Shown piece by piece: positions 42,137 to 57,833 of a DNA stretch of 64,000 bases. Within the stretch, counting starts at the first letter, position 1; every line of letters starts with the position of its first letter. Origin of the DNA: Eledone cirrhosa. Taxonomy: Eukaryota. A program made the position numbers and the translations under genes. The notes beneath the pieces were generated by a model, which was given only the letters and a program-made list of their open reading frames with translations, ran no database searches and was not told the DNA's origin. The stretch lies in the NCBI GenBank assembly GCA_964016885.1, contig OZ024740.1, positions 115,320,001 through 115,384,000 of the forward strand. Direction: 5' to 3'.

Positions 42137-42693
42137 GGAAAAAATGAAACGAAATTTCATTTACCACTCTTAGTACGGCTGTTACTTAAACATAAGTATG
42201 TACACGTACATACATATATGTATACAGATATACAGTAGTATGTATATATATATATATACATACATGCACACATATATATATGTACGTATGGATTCACCGA
42301 ACATTTATTATAATGCTCGGTGTGTTTGTAAACAAACATCCCGTATTAAGCCGTAGTGTCCAGCAACCATCGTTGCTCGTTTGTTCAACACTGACAAAGG
42401 AACGCTGTACTAGTTTCAAGCTTATTAGCTATCGTCAGCAACGTATACCTTCCTGCCAGATTGTTGAACGTATATACTTACCTTATGCATATTAACAGCT
42501 GAGAAGCCCAATTTGCATATCGAGTGGGTTAATCGGCCGGGTTCACCGAAAACGATAAACGGAAAAAATGAAACGAAATTTCATTTACCACTCTTAGTAC
42601 GGCTGTTACTTAAATATAAGTATGTATACGTACATACATATATGTATACAGACGTACAGTAGTATGTATATATATATACATACATGCACACAT
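42133..42693 (-). mobile_element. HHR family E retrozyme-like element: one 424-bp unit plus ~137 bp of the next, in direct tandem
   Basis: aaacggaaaaaatgaaacgaaatttcatttaccactc occurs at 42133 and 42557; the 3' end abuts (TA)n. Confidence 0.88.
42402..42444 (-). ncRNA. Minimal type I HHR with palindromic loop III (family E), intact core
   Basis: acgttg CTGACGA t agct aata agct t GAAA ctag TA cagcgt. Confidence 0.82.
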
Positions 42694-42694
42694 A

Positions 42695-42775
42695 ACGCAT
42701 CACCCGGTCCAGGAATCGGACTCACAATCTCACGATTGCGAATCTAATTCTCTAACCACTCGGCCCCGCGCCTTT
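42695..42775 (-). mobile_element. tRNA-like head of SINE family 2, truncated at the family E junction
   Basis: ggccgagtggttag...gtccgattcctgg; continues gtgatgcgttatgt as at 23750. Confidence 0.65.
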
Positions 42776-43389
42776 CAGTGTGTGTGTGTGTGTGTATACA
42801 CACACACACACAGAGAAAGGGGCGGGGTCTGCGGTGCCGAGACCAGTGAGAACACAAATCATCGGAGTACTCAATGCATGGGGAGATGCAGAGAGATATG
42901 AAACTGACCGCGACGCCATACATATATACACAAAAAAGCAGAAATATAAATAAACCAAAGCAGAAAGTAATCAACACAATGTGGAAATTGAGAATTATAT
43001 TTTCTTCGTTTTTTCTTTACCTTACCACCTGATTTTGTATCCGTAAGTACCTCCAATTATTTCATGTGCAATCAAATTAAATTGAAGTTGAAATGATGCG
43101 GCTGGTGAAATGGCGTTTTGAAATAGTGTTATATCTGCTAATCTTATATGAGAAGACAACATGGTGACTGCCGTATCTCCTACTCCGACAGAGTTGATGG
43201 ACTAGTTTTCTGGAAGCAGTGTTTTAAGGATGTTACAGATTTAATGTATGTACCGTGTGGTACCTCTTCTGCTGGTTTGAGGTTGGCTTGAGGTAAAACA
43301 GAACCTTTCATTTGATGTATATACTGTCCGCCCGGCACATTGACATCGTTATATGGAACTAAGGTGATTCTTGTAGTATACCCAGCGTC

Positions 43390-44270
43390 AGAGGTTGAAA
43401 TTTGGCTAACGAAGTGTTTCTCATGTTACAGCAGAACATGGGATCGTTTTCCTTTTGATGGATATCGTAGGTTCCTGTGATATGCGCAACCGTTTTGGTG
43501 ACAAAGCTGGCAGTAGTGGTCACCGTGGTCGTAATAGACTACTCTATTTGTTGTGGAGGCTTTTGCTGCCTTGATCTTGGAACCTATAGATAAAACGTGA
43601 CATGGAGGTAGATTGTTTTCTATTCCTGCACATAAATGAATGTGCATGCGGGATAAATCTACACTTGAACTCATCGGTTGTTAGTCCCGCATAATTTGCC
43701 TAAATGCCATTTTGTGGTTTGAGAGTGGCTCTGTCGAGAACAGCTTTTAAGAGGCAAGGTTCCTGAGAGGATAATTGAAAGGGTTTCGGTAGTTACAGTC
43801 TGGTGAATATGGTGGGAATTTTGTAGGTGAATGGTTTTCGGTTTTATCGTGTGATGTTAGAATCGATGCTATATAAACAGAAATAGCTAATATTAACATT
43901 ATTGGAGTTGAAGAGTTTATAACATATGTAGTTGTTAGAGAGGTGTCGTTTAATGGGGGACAAGATCTTAAATACATTTCTTGATAGATCTCGGTTGAAT
44001 GGTGGATTGAACTAATTTATCTTTCTCTTTCTAAATCGCTTTAAGGGGAGGCCACCGGTGTTTGCTAGCTTTTCCTTAAATCCACTTCTCGCTGGTGTCT
44101 CGTTTTAAAGGGGTGCAGCATTGTACAATATATCTGTTGTATGATAATCTAGAGATTATTCAGTTAATCCCGTTCACTAGGTTTCTTTGTGTATATAATA
44201 TTTCCTCATTAAACTTCTTGTAGTGATAGTGGCTGCTAATTTTTATATTTGACTGATATTCACTGAGAAC
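43390..44270 (-). pseudogene. Decayed Penelope-like element: RT C-terminal region, linker and GIY-YIG endonuclease
   Basis: Across frameshifts: ISRLSY, RSGFKEKL, RKRKIN*FNPPFN, KLFNSNNVNISYFC, CNYRNP..CLLKAVL.RAT, YAGLTTDEFKCRF..HAHSF...STSMSRFIY, CQLC, KRS. This is the motif order typical of Naiad/Nematis-type PLE proteins. Confidence 0.75.
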
Positions 44271-44943
44271 ATGGTGTATATTTTAATGGCTGCCAAATGT
44301 AATAAAATGGCTGCTGCAGCTACTTTGAATAATCACAAAGCCATTGCTAATATAACAGGGATTTTCTGTGTTTGTCCTCTCAGATTTTCCTATTGTTCTA
44401 TCTCTTCTCTCTTCCTTCTTTTCGCTCCCATTCTCTCACCTATTTATTCTCTCTCCTACATCATTCTTATGTTTATCCTCTTATATTTTCCTATTGTTCT
44501 ATCTCCCTCCCTTCCTTTCTTTTTCTCTCTCAGTCTATCACCTATTTACTCTTTCTCCTACATAATTCTTATATTTTCCATGTGAAGTTTATTAAGATTT
44601 CAAACTCAATTTCCTTCTCACTGTAAACTGTAAATATCTTATTCACATTTATAAGCTTGCTAGCTTTAATCAGGATATCATCTGTTCTTTTGTTTTTTTT
44701 TGTGAATATTACTTTGCTTATCAGCTACGGCTTAAAGTATTGCGTCACCTTTGAGTCACCATTAAAAACTTTGTGTGGATTTTCGTTAAAGATTTTCTCT
44801 CACATGATTCCTCTCAGACCTTCGGTAAAAGTCTAAAATCTAGGAATTCTCTCGCCTTGGCATAAACAATGTTATTCTGCATTAATTAATCATGTATGTG
44901 TATGTGGGTGTAGTTGCATGTGTGTATGGTGGCTTGTGTGTGT

Positions 44944-45030
<87 letters not shown>

Positions 45031-45714
45031 CGCGTGCGCGTATGTGTGTGTGTGTAATGTTTTATACTCTGTTAAATGTCAAGGAAAATTATTCTCTAAA
45101 ACTAGTGAGACGGGTTAATTCGATATGTCTGCAGAAGCATGTGAGTGGAAACAACAGGGGTAATAAGAGAAGAGTTGGGTGAGTCAGGAATGTTTGAGTA
45201 GATGTGACCTAAGTTCAGCAAGCTCCAAAGTTCGGAGAGCAGTATAGTAACGGTAGCATAAAATACTAGAACTTGAAGCCAGTACACCTCCACAAAAACG
45301 TTGGCGCATTTTAAATGGTCCATCTCTCCTTCCTCTGTTCTGGCTTGGTTGTAATTTTGTTGGCCTTTACTTGTTCATACAAAAGCCGGGTCCCTTTTGT
45401 CCAAAATCAAATCGACTTCTCCACACAAGGTTGTACGTGGTCACTCAACTTACTAGAAATAGTAGCAAAGTCACATTCATGTCATACTATACTGTTTTAA
45501 AAACATGGAAGTCCACATTGAATAATGTAATTCTGGATGTATTATCATAGAAATGATGTCAAGAAGTTATAGACAGACACTCATTTGATTATCAGTTGAT
45601 CATTTCTCTGTTACCTAGACCACAAAAAGAAGGAATGGTGAGGTGAACGTACCCTCACTATAGGTGATTTCGAGGTAGATAGACAGTTAGAAAGATAGAT
45701 AGATAGATAGATAC

Positions 45715-45788
<74 letters not shown>

Positions 45789-45869
45789 GAAATGAGAAAG
45801 GGGGAAGAGAAAAGAAATAAACTACTAAGTTGACCAGGTGGGATTTGAAATAAGAGTGAACTCCAAAAA

Positions 45870-46445
45870 ACATCACAAAACATTTATCTGCCACTTCTTA
45901 CCGTTATTCTTTTCATCGACGCCTTGATGCCACAACCAACCCGGCTGCACATGTCAATCCTATTCCTGAAAATTATGAAAAGGAGAGATGACATTATGTA
46001 CCTAGGGCATTCGAATAGGGACAGCAGGGCAACAAGAAGCTGTCCATCGATCCAATATTTCTGCAGTAGTGAGAATATTTGGTCGGTTGTGTTGGATTGG
46101 ACTCGACAATATTCCAACATCTCTTTGTCATACAGCATATACTCTATCGGGGAGGATTAACAAGGCGATGTCTCTATAATTAGAGAAAGCTTTCCAGACA
46201 TCCAGGCTACAGAGCACATACGAGTCAGTCAGAGAATACCTTCTCTATATAAGGCCTTTAACATCTCGGGCCAAATTTCATCCTCCCCAGTGGCCTTGCC
46301 ACATTTCACCTCTTTAATTGCTCTGGTGGACTCAGCCTCTGTGAGGTTACTCTTTGCTCCTAGATGAACCACATATGCTTCAGATGTTGTGACTGGATTT
46401 GGGAGATCAGCAAAGTATTATTTCCACCTCATGGGAGATTATAGT
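45870..46445 (-). pseudogene. RTE-clade RT fragment
   Basis: RWK*YFADL.NP, KCGKATGEDEIWPEMLKAL, NYRDIALL, TTDQIFSL. Confidence 0.75.
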
Positions 46446-46449
46446 TCCG

Positions 46450-46705
46450 ATTCTACGGACATAGGTTTAGAATGTTTCAGGAAAAAGTCGCTGAACCGAT
46501 TTTACGAGAAAGCTAATGTGCGGGAGACTAAAAAGTAAACCGCAAGAAGAAGTTTTGATAACATACATGAGCTTGGTTTGCCTTACTTGGAGATCCAGTC
46601 GGATTAATTGGAGACGTGTGCTTCTGGTGGCAGGCGCTGAAAGGAATGTCTGAAGACTCTGCCCCCTGACCCTCCGGGAATGTGTGCAAAAAGGAAGAAG
46701 AAACC
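46450..46705 (+). mobile_element. RTE-clade 3' end
   Basis: RFYGH..RM motif and gataacatacatgagcttgg shared with 24625-24980; short (GAA)n tail. Confidence 0.7.
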
Positions 46706-47785
46706 TTCGAAACTTGTGGCGTGAATGGTAGATCTACTCAAACCAAAAACCTCATTTGAATGCTTGTAACAGTGTAAACTCTGATAATGGTACCTAAATT
46801 TTCTACCAAAGGATTCCGAATGCAAACCTTTAATGTTAATACTGACTCACTCACAATTCAAATTAATCAAAATTGATATATGGCTATACAAATTCTTCAC
46901 ACTATGTGTGACTTACCTTAGTAGTGGTTACCAGCTCGGTATCTGCTCGGTGAGTACTTAGTTAAAAACAAATATCTACATGTTATTGGGTATTCATTCT
47001 TTTCTTAACTTTAAACATCAATCTGTCTATCGATAGTTATTCGCTCTGTATGGGGAGTAATTGTAATGAGGGATTTTACAAAAGCCTGGGCTCCGTGGGG
47101 GAAAAGAAAAGGGGCCTTTGGTATTGAAAATGTTGGAAACCACTGACATAAATATTTTCTACATAGAAATACTTTCTAATTCTAGGAACAACTGGTGTCA
47201 CTACTGATGGGGTAAACCGAACACGGTACCTTTAAGCTACTGTGAGACTCCTCACAAAGTAATCCAACATTTTACGTCATTGCATGAAAAAATGAAACCA
47301 TTCAGTCCGGATTTAAATAAATCTAATACATAAACATAAAATAGATAAATCAATGAATTTAAATAAACAGATAAATCGATCAACGAGGGCGACAGAGTAA
47401 GAGGAGGGGCTGTCATTTGTTTTATAAAGGTTAATTTTCTTCTCACCATCACCATTGATTTTTATGTATTTAACGAGCGTTTTTCACAGTGACTTGGGAT
47501 TTGCAATATGTCGAATAAAAATGTTAAATAAATATCTAATAAATACAGATTTACAGTTTTCTATAGAAATTTAACGACCAACATTTAATAGAAAATCCAA
47601 TTGATCTTCATTTGTAAATGATGGTTTCTTTTTCTTCAACTTTGTTGATTTTAAGTGTTGTTTTATCATGTTTTTTTTTTCATTTTAACAGTTTGTTTTT
47701 ATTTATTATTATTTTTTTTGTATATTATTATTTGATTATTTATTTAACTATAATTTCATATATGTAAATGCGTGTGTCTGGCAAT

Positions 47786-47859
<74 letters not shown>

Positions 47860-49041
47860 AATTATGTTTAACTGTATCAACGGTATAACTCTCCAAACAT
47901 GCTACGCCAAAGAGAGAAATGAAAGGAACGGTTCTTCGTGTTGGCAAAAGATGTGATCAAAGGAGCGCTAAATGGAGAGATAGTGAAATGGAGAGAGAGG
48001 AAAAGTAAAGCTTGGGATATTCGGGTAGTGGTGTTGGTGCTAGTGTTGGTGGTGAATGATAGTTTATGGGGTTTATAGGTTGGAATGGGGATTTTGAAAA
48101 TAGCTTCCGGTCCATGGCTGCATTAGTAATACATTAAGGCAGGACCTAATTTCGATCAACATTGCCGACTATTTCGATAGATACAAATCAATTAACGGTA
48201 TTTGCACGGCATATGTCTGATGGGACAGATATGAACGGTTTCTTTTTTCTCTTATATATTACTATTTTTTTATTGTTGCTATTATATTTGCTGTCCCGAT
48301 CCAACCAGTAGCAGCAACAGTTGCAGCAGCAGCATCAGCAGCAGCAGCAGCAGTAGTAGTTGTTGTTGTTGCTGTTGTATTTCTAATATATTTTTTTGAG
48401 TTAAATTTTTTTCTTCTTGATTTTTATTAATTTGCACGTATTAATTGTTGTTGTTGTTGTTGCTTTTGTCGTTGTTGTTGCTGTTGTTAATAATGATGTT
48501 GGTGTTGCAATTGTAGGTGTTTTATTGTTGTTATTGACGGCGTTGTCGTCATTCTTTTAGTTTTTGTCGGTGTTTTTCTTGTAGTAATTTCCGATGATTT
48601 TGTTAGTATTGTTGTTGTTGTTGTAGTTGCTCTCTGTGCTGTCATCATTTTTTGACGTCGTTTCTCTTGTCGTTTTTATCGTTGTTGCCATTGTTGTTGT
48701 TGTTGTCGTCCTCATTTTCGTAGCAGCTTTTGTTGTTTATAGTTGTTGTTGTTGGTGCAGTTGTCGTCCTCATTTTGTTGTTTGTAGTTGTTGCAGTTGT
48801 TGTTATTGTTGTTACTACAAGACTGAATTAATTGAGTAATGTTTATTCGCCGTTGATTCATGGTAGAAAATAGAGAGACAAATATTTGTTAATATCTGTA
48901 AGAAATATTTCAATTAATTCCATTCTAATTACTTCTTTTTTTTTTAACCCCCCCCCCCCTCCCGCCCATAGTTTCCTCGCCATTGACCTTTCTCTATGTT
49001 TCCCTCTTCTTCAATCTCTCTCCTTCCTCTTCTTAGTTCAG

Positions 49042-49073
<32 letters not shown>

Positions 49074-49149
49074 CTTATTTCTCCAGACCTTCCCTCGCAG
49101 TCACACACAATCTCTTTCTCTCTCTCTCTGACTCACATTATTATCCCTT

Positions 49150-49342
49150 AGGGCGGTGGATTGGCAGTATCGGTAGAGGGTCGGACGCCATGCTTTCCAG
49201 CATAGTTACGTCCCTTTACGATCTGAGTTTAAATCCCGCCGAGGTTGACTTTGCCTTTCATCCTTACAAGGTCGATAAAATAAAGTACCAGTAATGCACT
49301 GGGTAATTGCTGGCCTTGTGCCTAAAGTAGAAACAATTATTA
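49150..49342 (+). mobile_element. SINE family 1, full copy
   Basis: Near-identical to 3881-4072. Confidence 0.85.
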
Positions 49343-49456
49343 CCCCTTCCATTTTATCATTCTCTCTCTCTCCCTCTATCTTGCCCCTTCATTTCCCTAT
49401 TACATTCCTTCATTTCATATTCACGTCATTATCTCCTACTTAGTCTTCCCTCTTCC

Positions 49457-49546
<90 letters not shown>

Positions 49547-49681
49547 CTTACTTTAATTACTATTCCTTCTATATTTTAGCATTCACTCTTCCCTCTAATA
49601 TGTTTTCTTGTAAACTTGGGGATACAGAACCGCAAACGAACTCTTGAATGGCGGGTTCTACTACAGACTATGCCATAAATA

Positions 49682-49892
49682 ATGATTTCTAGTATAGGCA
49701 CAAGGTCAGCAATTTGTGAGGAGGGGAAAGTCGATTAAATCGACCCCAGCGCGTGACTGGTACTTTATTTTACCGACCATGTAAGGCAAAGTTAATCTCG
49801 GCGGGATTTGAATTCAGATCATAAAGGTCCGTAACTCTATGCTGCAAAGCATGGCGACCGACCCTCTACCGATACTGGCTATCCACCACCCT
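49682..49892 (-). mobile_element. SINE family 1
   Basis: Reverse-complement match to the family body. Confidence 0.8.
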
Positions 49893-50449
49893 TCATGTCA
49901 TAAATACTAAATATATTTCAGTGATTCTGTTAATATCTACACCAACCAAAGCAAGGTTTGGATGGGTTGTCAAGACCATGTTAGTTCTTATTCGAGGCCG
50001 CATCTCGCTTACATACGTTCCTGCAATTTACCGCGCCATGCATTTTAACATGGCATCAGCCTTAGAGGTGCGTATGAATGTGCGTGTGTATCTGCTATGA
50101 ATTTATGTTTGTGCATGTGACAGTGTTTAGATATGTGTGTGTATGTGTGTGCGTGTATGCATGTGTATGTGTGTGCATTTATATATGTGTATCTATTGTG
50201 AGTGTTTGTGCCCGTGACAGAGTGTGTATAGATGTATGTATGGATCTTCGTCGCCTTAATGATCAATTGTTCAATTAAATGAGCCAACTGTTCATTGAAA
50301 GAGATTGTAAATAGCAGAGATATCCACAGACACGAGCGGAGTCATTTACATTCCTCAAACTATTCAGTGTATAACAGGTCTGGACATTTCAAATACAGGA
50401 ACAAATCTTTCGATAAACACTGTTTTATTCTACCCAACTTTACTCGTAT

Positions 50450-52425
<1,976 letters not shown>

Positions 52426-52797
52426 ATTTCATTTTTACTCCTGTTATATTGATTATTAGGAAATGTTGGTTTATTGGTATATATGCCTCTGTGTGTCTAT
52501 ATATGTATCTATGTAAGCGAATGAAAGAATTTACTCAATACGTTTAGTCAATTCATTCTATCGATGGTTAGGAATCACTGTAGCATGCCAGTTTTTTGTT
52601 CGGCTAAGCCTCACCTTCGAAATTATTGCTAATCAGGTTGCAGCAGCTTTTTCATGTTTTTTTTAATTTCAAAAACTGCACCTTTTCACCTGTATTTATC
52701 AGACCTAACTTTATATGACTCATATTTGATGGAGCTATATGTTTTGTATCAAATAAATGTATATAGAAATATTGGGTATTATACAAACAAATATATT

Positions 52798-52993
52798 AAA
52801 TAATTGTTTCTACTTTAGGCACAATGCCAGCAATTACCCTGTCCGTTACTGGTACTTTATTTTATCAACCTCGTAAGGATGAAAAGCAAAATTAACCTCG
52901 GCGGGATTTGAACTCAGACTGTAAAAGACCGTAACTCTATGTTGCAAAGCATGGTGACCGACTCTCTACAGATACTGCCAATCCACCGCCCTA
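52798..52993 (-). mobile_element. SINE family 1, full copy
   Basis: Reverse complement of 3881-4072. Confidence 0.85.
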
Positions 52994-53627
52994 AATATAT
53001 TAAATAATGTAACATATTTTAGTTTAATCACTACATCGTTATACAGATAGTTGACAATAATATATGATATAATAAACTACCACAGTTGTCTGCAGAATGA
53101 ATACAGCACAGAAATAACATAAATCAAATGTAGGCGAGTTAATTGCAGCAAATTCGCAAGTTTGTAGAATGTAATGCCTTCCGATATTTGTTCCTTGCGA
53201 TCGTATTACAAATACCTCTCAAGTCAACTTGGCCTTATCGTATTGCAAATACCCCCATAGTCAACTTTGCCTTTCATCCTTTCACGGTGGTGGAAACAAA
53301 GTCCGAATCCAGAAAGGTGGATTGAATGGACGTTATTGTGAGCGTTTCGGACGAGACACTCTGCATTCTGGGATCTTTAAGCGTAGGCTTAATCTATCAT
53401 CCAGTTTAACACCATCACCTCAATCTTGGGTGTCTTTAATAGAGTTCACTCTGTTGCAAGCATTTGAGACAGGTATCCAATATGAAAAAAACTTTCTCCC
53501 CTACTCCAACTTGGCTCAGATGCCCTGTTGATGGGCGCTGTCCTTTACTCTAGAGATATAAAGTGAAAGAGCGTGCAATTTGTTCAAGCCAAACGCTGGA
53601 TATAAATCTGTGTATGTTGTAATAAGG

Positions 53628-54077
53628 GTTTCTAATTTAGACGTAAGGCCAGCAATTTTAAGAGAGGAAGTTGGCTATATCAATCTCATTATTTAAGTTG
53701 TACTTGATTTTATCGACCCCGGAAGGATAATAGACAAATTTGACTTCGGTGGGATTTGAACTCAGAATTTTAAAAATAAATAATGGAACAAACATTGCAA
53801 AACATTTTGTTCCACATTCTAACGATTTTGTCAATCCACTACCTATGTATGTCATAATAATGTTTTCTGATTTGGCACAAGGCCACAAATTACTGAGGAG
53901 GGAGAAAGTCGATCAAATTCACCCCAGTACATGACTGGTACTTTATTTTATCGACCCCGTAAGGATGAAAGGCAAAGTTAACCTCGGCGAGATTTGAACT
54001 CAGAACGTAAAGTGTCGTACCTCTATGCCGCGAAGCAGGGTGTCCAATTCTCTACCGATTCTGTCAATCCATCGCTA
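53628..54077 (-). mobile_element. Two tandem SINE family 1 copies (53628-53843, 53860-54077)
   Basis: ttttatcgacccc...gatttgaactcagaa occurs twice. Confidence 0.8.
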
Positions 54078-54443
54078 TTTTGTATAATGGAATAATATGA
54101 ACAGAAGTGTAGAAGTAGATTGGGGATTTTAAAAATTTGATTGAAAAGAGATCATGGGAAGATTTTAACGCGATACGTTAAGAAATATCAGCTATTAATC
54201 TGTAATGTAATGTTGATATGAGAAATAAGATCTGAGAGATGTATAAATTATGGAAGTTGCGACGGGGTTGCATAAAGTATTAATCTTTTTATTCTTCTAC
54301 TGGTTTCAGTCATTAGACTGCAGTCATGGTTGGGCATCGTCCTGATTTAGTCAATCATATCGACCCCTGTGCTTATTTTTAAATCTGGTATTTTATCATT
54401 CACATTTTTTCGAGCACAAAATAACGGAACACACACACGCACA

Positions 54444-54453
54444 TGTGTGTGTG

Positions 54454-54531
<78 letters not shown>

Positions 54532-54570
54532 TGCGTGCGTGCGTGCGTGTGTGTGTGTGTGTGTGTGTGC

Positions 54571-54637
<67 letters not shown>

Positions 54638-54690
54638 CGCGCGTGCGTGTGCGTGCGTGTGTGCGCGCGTGCGTGTGTGCGCGCGCATGT
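54444..54690. repeat. Alternating purine-pyrimidine (TG)n/(TGCG)n/(CG)n tract
   Basis: Directly visible. Confidence 0.95.
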
Positions 54691-55662
54691 GTCTTCTGTA
54701 AATAAAAACTCTTTCTATGTAAAAGAGAAAACAACATTCATCTGGCACGTGACTTCCGACATCGATAAAATAGTACCAGTCAAATATTAGGATTAAATAT
54801 TTCTCAATATCCCTTTCTCACTATCTCCTTCACGTGAAGAAATTGTTTTTAAGCCCTAAGAGGGATGGACTCCACCAGGTTTAAAGTACCTCAAAGCACA
54901 CCGTACGTCACAATGGCATCCCTATGAGTCTGCCAGGAGTTATGGATCCATACATACGCTACGCTTTCACTAAAGGTTTTATATGCTCATATAGTCGTGA
55001 GCAGTCGCCACAAATATCTTCTTGATCCCTCACTTTCCTTTGATCCAGTGAAAACTCCATGAAGAGAGTTTCATTAACTCGAGGAAGGTATTCTATTTCT
55101 CGACCCCGAAAGGGTGAAAGGCGATTTGTAGCCAGACAGGGTTTCAGCTCTCAGAAAATTCCAAAACAAATATCGCAGCGCATTTTGTCTTACATTCTGA
55201 CGACAGTGTCAATCGACCAAAGGTAAATATTCATATATACATTGAGACATTATTAACCTGCTGGTTTATCGTTTTAACCTACAAAAGGTTATAATGCTAC
55301 CGATGTTAAAGTGCTAATAGATCTAACTGAAGCTACAAATCTACAAAGGTATAGAGACCACCAAAATTTACTGGAGCCGCAGAGGTTAGAGCACTATAAG
55401 CTACTCTAGACCCACTTCTGCTATAAAGAACTATAGAAAACCATAAACCTAAACCTTCAAAGACACACACTTCCCCATATATATATATATATACGAAGAG
55501 TTCTATCAAGTCATCGATCATGAATAAAGTCGCTCATAAGTTATCAATCTGTCATGTCTCATTGCTAGAAAGTCAATGGATGGTAAAATAAAAAGAAGAA
55601 AAAGAAAAGAACGGAAAAAAATGATACAAAACGAAATAATCAACAACAAAAGGAAATAACAC

Positions 55663-55693
<31 letters not shown>

Positions 55694-56095
55694 TAGCAGT
55701 TTCGTAAACAAGTAATCTGTCCCATTAAAAGATCGAATGTCTCTACTATTTCAGAGAAAGAAGAAAAGTAAAAACTATTTCTTTGTGTGTGAAAAAGAAA
55801 ATACAAGACATACATAAATAAACTAAACTAGTTGAACAATAACAGATATTGTATGAGGTAGATTATACAGATAGATCAGTGACTATACTTTCAAACAGCA
55901 GACGCCTTTGATCATAAAACTATATCAAGCGAATATTCCAAGATTAACGACCGGAGAATGAAATCGATAATAAAGACACGCGGATTTTTCCTGGCAAGAA
56001 AGAAACTTTTAATTCGTATCCATGGTGATATTTGAATGTAACTTCTGTTGGGTCTCTGTTTTATAGCTGAGATATCACTTTTTTATGTCCTTCGG

Positions 56096-56144
<49 letters not shown>

Positions 56145-56888
56145 CTTAATTCATTTTTTTTTTTTTATGTCTTGCCTCCATAAGCCCACGCCAAACGGTC
56201 ATCAAATCTCCAAGATCTTTTGTACTTGTAAACCATCTAGTTGTTATTATGAGGTGCTATAAATTAGATTTTGTTTGCATGCGTGTGTGTATGTTAATTT
56301 CAGCAATACTTATCGAATTATTCCATTCATCAAAGCAGATCATTGTATTTTATGTCGATCACTCTTTTTACTTTTGTTCCTTTTAATTTTGCCTCTTATT
56401 TTTTCTTTCTTTTCTTATATCAAATGGATGTAGTATTAGAAAGGAAAGGTGTTCAAATTTAACTTTACTCAATCTGAAATAACATTCATAGCACTACTTC
56501 CACCGCTCCGCCACTTCAATTTCAAACAGATTTGTTGTTGTTATTGTTGTCATTTCAATGTTGTTGTTTTTTTCTCTTTCTTTCTCTTTATGTAGTGAGT
56601 AACTGAGAAATGTTATAGGAAAATAGAGAACCAAAGGCAGTCTCGGGTGGTCTAGTCACAAAAAGGTTAATTACTCGGCTGCTTCTTTTATTCATTTTAA
56701 ACTGAGAAAATAAGTTCAGTAACAAACTAGCATCATACCAAGTGACGTGTAGTTTAATGTTTGTGCTGGCAGAAATATCAAAAACCTATAGGATAAGATT
56801 AAATAAAGTTAGATAATACTGATATCTATTTTTTACGATATTACTGGAGTAAAATTATGTGAAATGGTCTAAAATATCTGGAAATTAG

Positions 56889-57080
56889 TCTTTCAAAATT
56901 GAAAAGGAAACTCGCCTAACTAGGAGCTAACACCCACTTCAAAAACCGAAAGGTTAACTAGTCTGAGTAGGAGTTAAAATCCTTTCAAAACCGGAAGGTT
57001 AACTAACCTGACTACGCACGAACATCCTTTCAAAACCGGAATGTTAACTAATCTGACTAGGAACTAATATCCATTTCAAT
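56889..57080. repeat. Minisatellite, ~45-bp unit, about 4 copies
   Basis: cctttcaaaaccggaa.gttaactaa.ctgacta at 56981 and 57026, with flanking diverged units. Confidence 0.85.
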
Positions 57081-57389
57081 ACAACCCGCCAATGTGAGAG
57101 TGTATTCTTTCTTCCATGTGCATATTCTTTCTCGTGATTCTTTGTGAATTCATTTTTCTTTTCCAAATTGTTTTCTAATTTGATCCATCCATTATTTATT
57201 TTTTTTATGTAACTACTTTGAACAACGTAAAATTCATCATCGGTTTGTTAGGTCTTTCAGAGCTTCACCAGAGTCACGTTTATTGACGACCTATGTCGAC
57301 CTCCACGGCTTGCGTAGTACCAATGTGACACAAGTTACACCATACTTCACCTAGAAATCCCCTACTTTATCCTGTTTCCACCTTTCAGT

Positions 57390-57620
57390 AAAAGATCCAG
57401 GGATTAGGCTTATAGGAGCACGTTGGTTCGGACACGTTACTAGAATGCTGCCATACCAGCCAACCCATTGTGCGTGTAACACAAAGATGTCTGTCCATAA
57501 GGCCAATGGTCAAACTTGGAGGAAGTGGGTGGATGGCATCACTGAAATCCTGACTTGGCATATCGCGGGGACAGACCTTCCAACTCGCTGCAGAGCGACG
57601 GCTCTTTCTTCCCGTGATAA
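57390..57620 (+). pseudogene. RTE-type LINE C-terminal fragment
   Basis: ARWFGHVTRM...RKWVDGI. Confidence 0.6.
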
Positions 57621-57833
57621 CTCTAAGGTTAGAAACGAATAGATAATTAAAAAGAAAAATGTTCTTACTCAATGTTTTTTTTAATAGGTCCAGCTGGAAA
57701 AAAGACTATTTGTGTAAACTTCGTAAACAGGAAAATATGAGACAGGTATGGAACAACATCCGACTATTGACTTCTTAAATTCTTCCTTAAATAGAGTAAC
57801 AATTATTTTCTCATTGAGCAGTAATATATATTA

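Noticed and set aside
42695-42775. tRNA gene
   Set aside because: There is no complete cloverleaf and it continues into SINE body sequence.
47195-47235. CTGATGG...GAAC HHR-like string
   Set aside because: It has core mismatches and no flanking stem I.
54444-54690. Z-DNA-prone tract as a functional element
   Set aside because: It is an ordinary compound microsatellite with no supporting context.
56889-57080. CRISPR-like periodic repeat
   Set aside because: The units are contiguous without unique spacers, the context is eukaryotic, and there are no cas genes.
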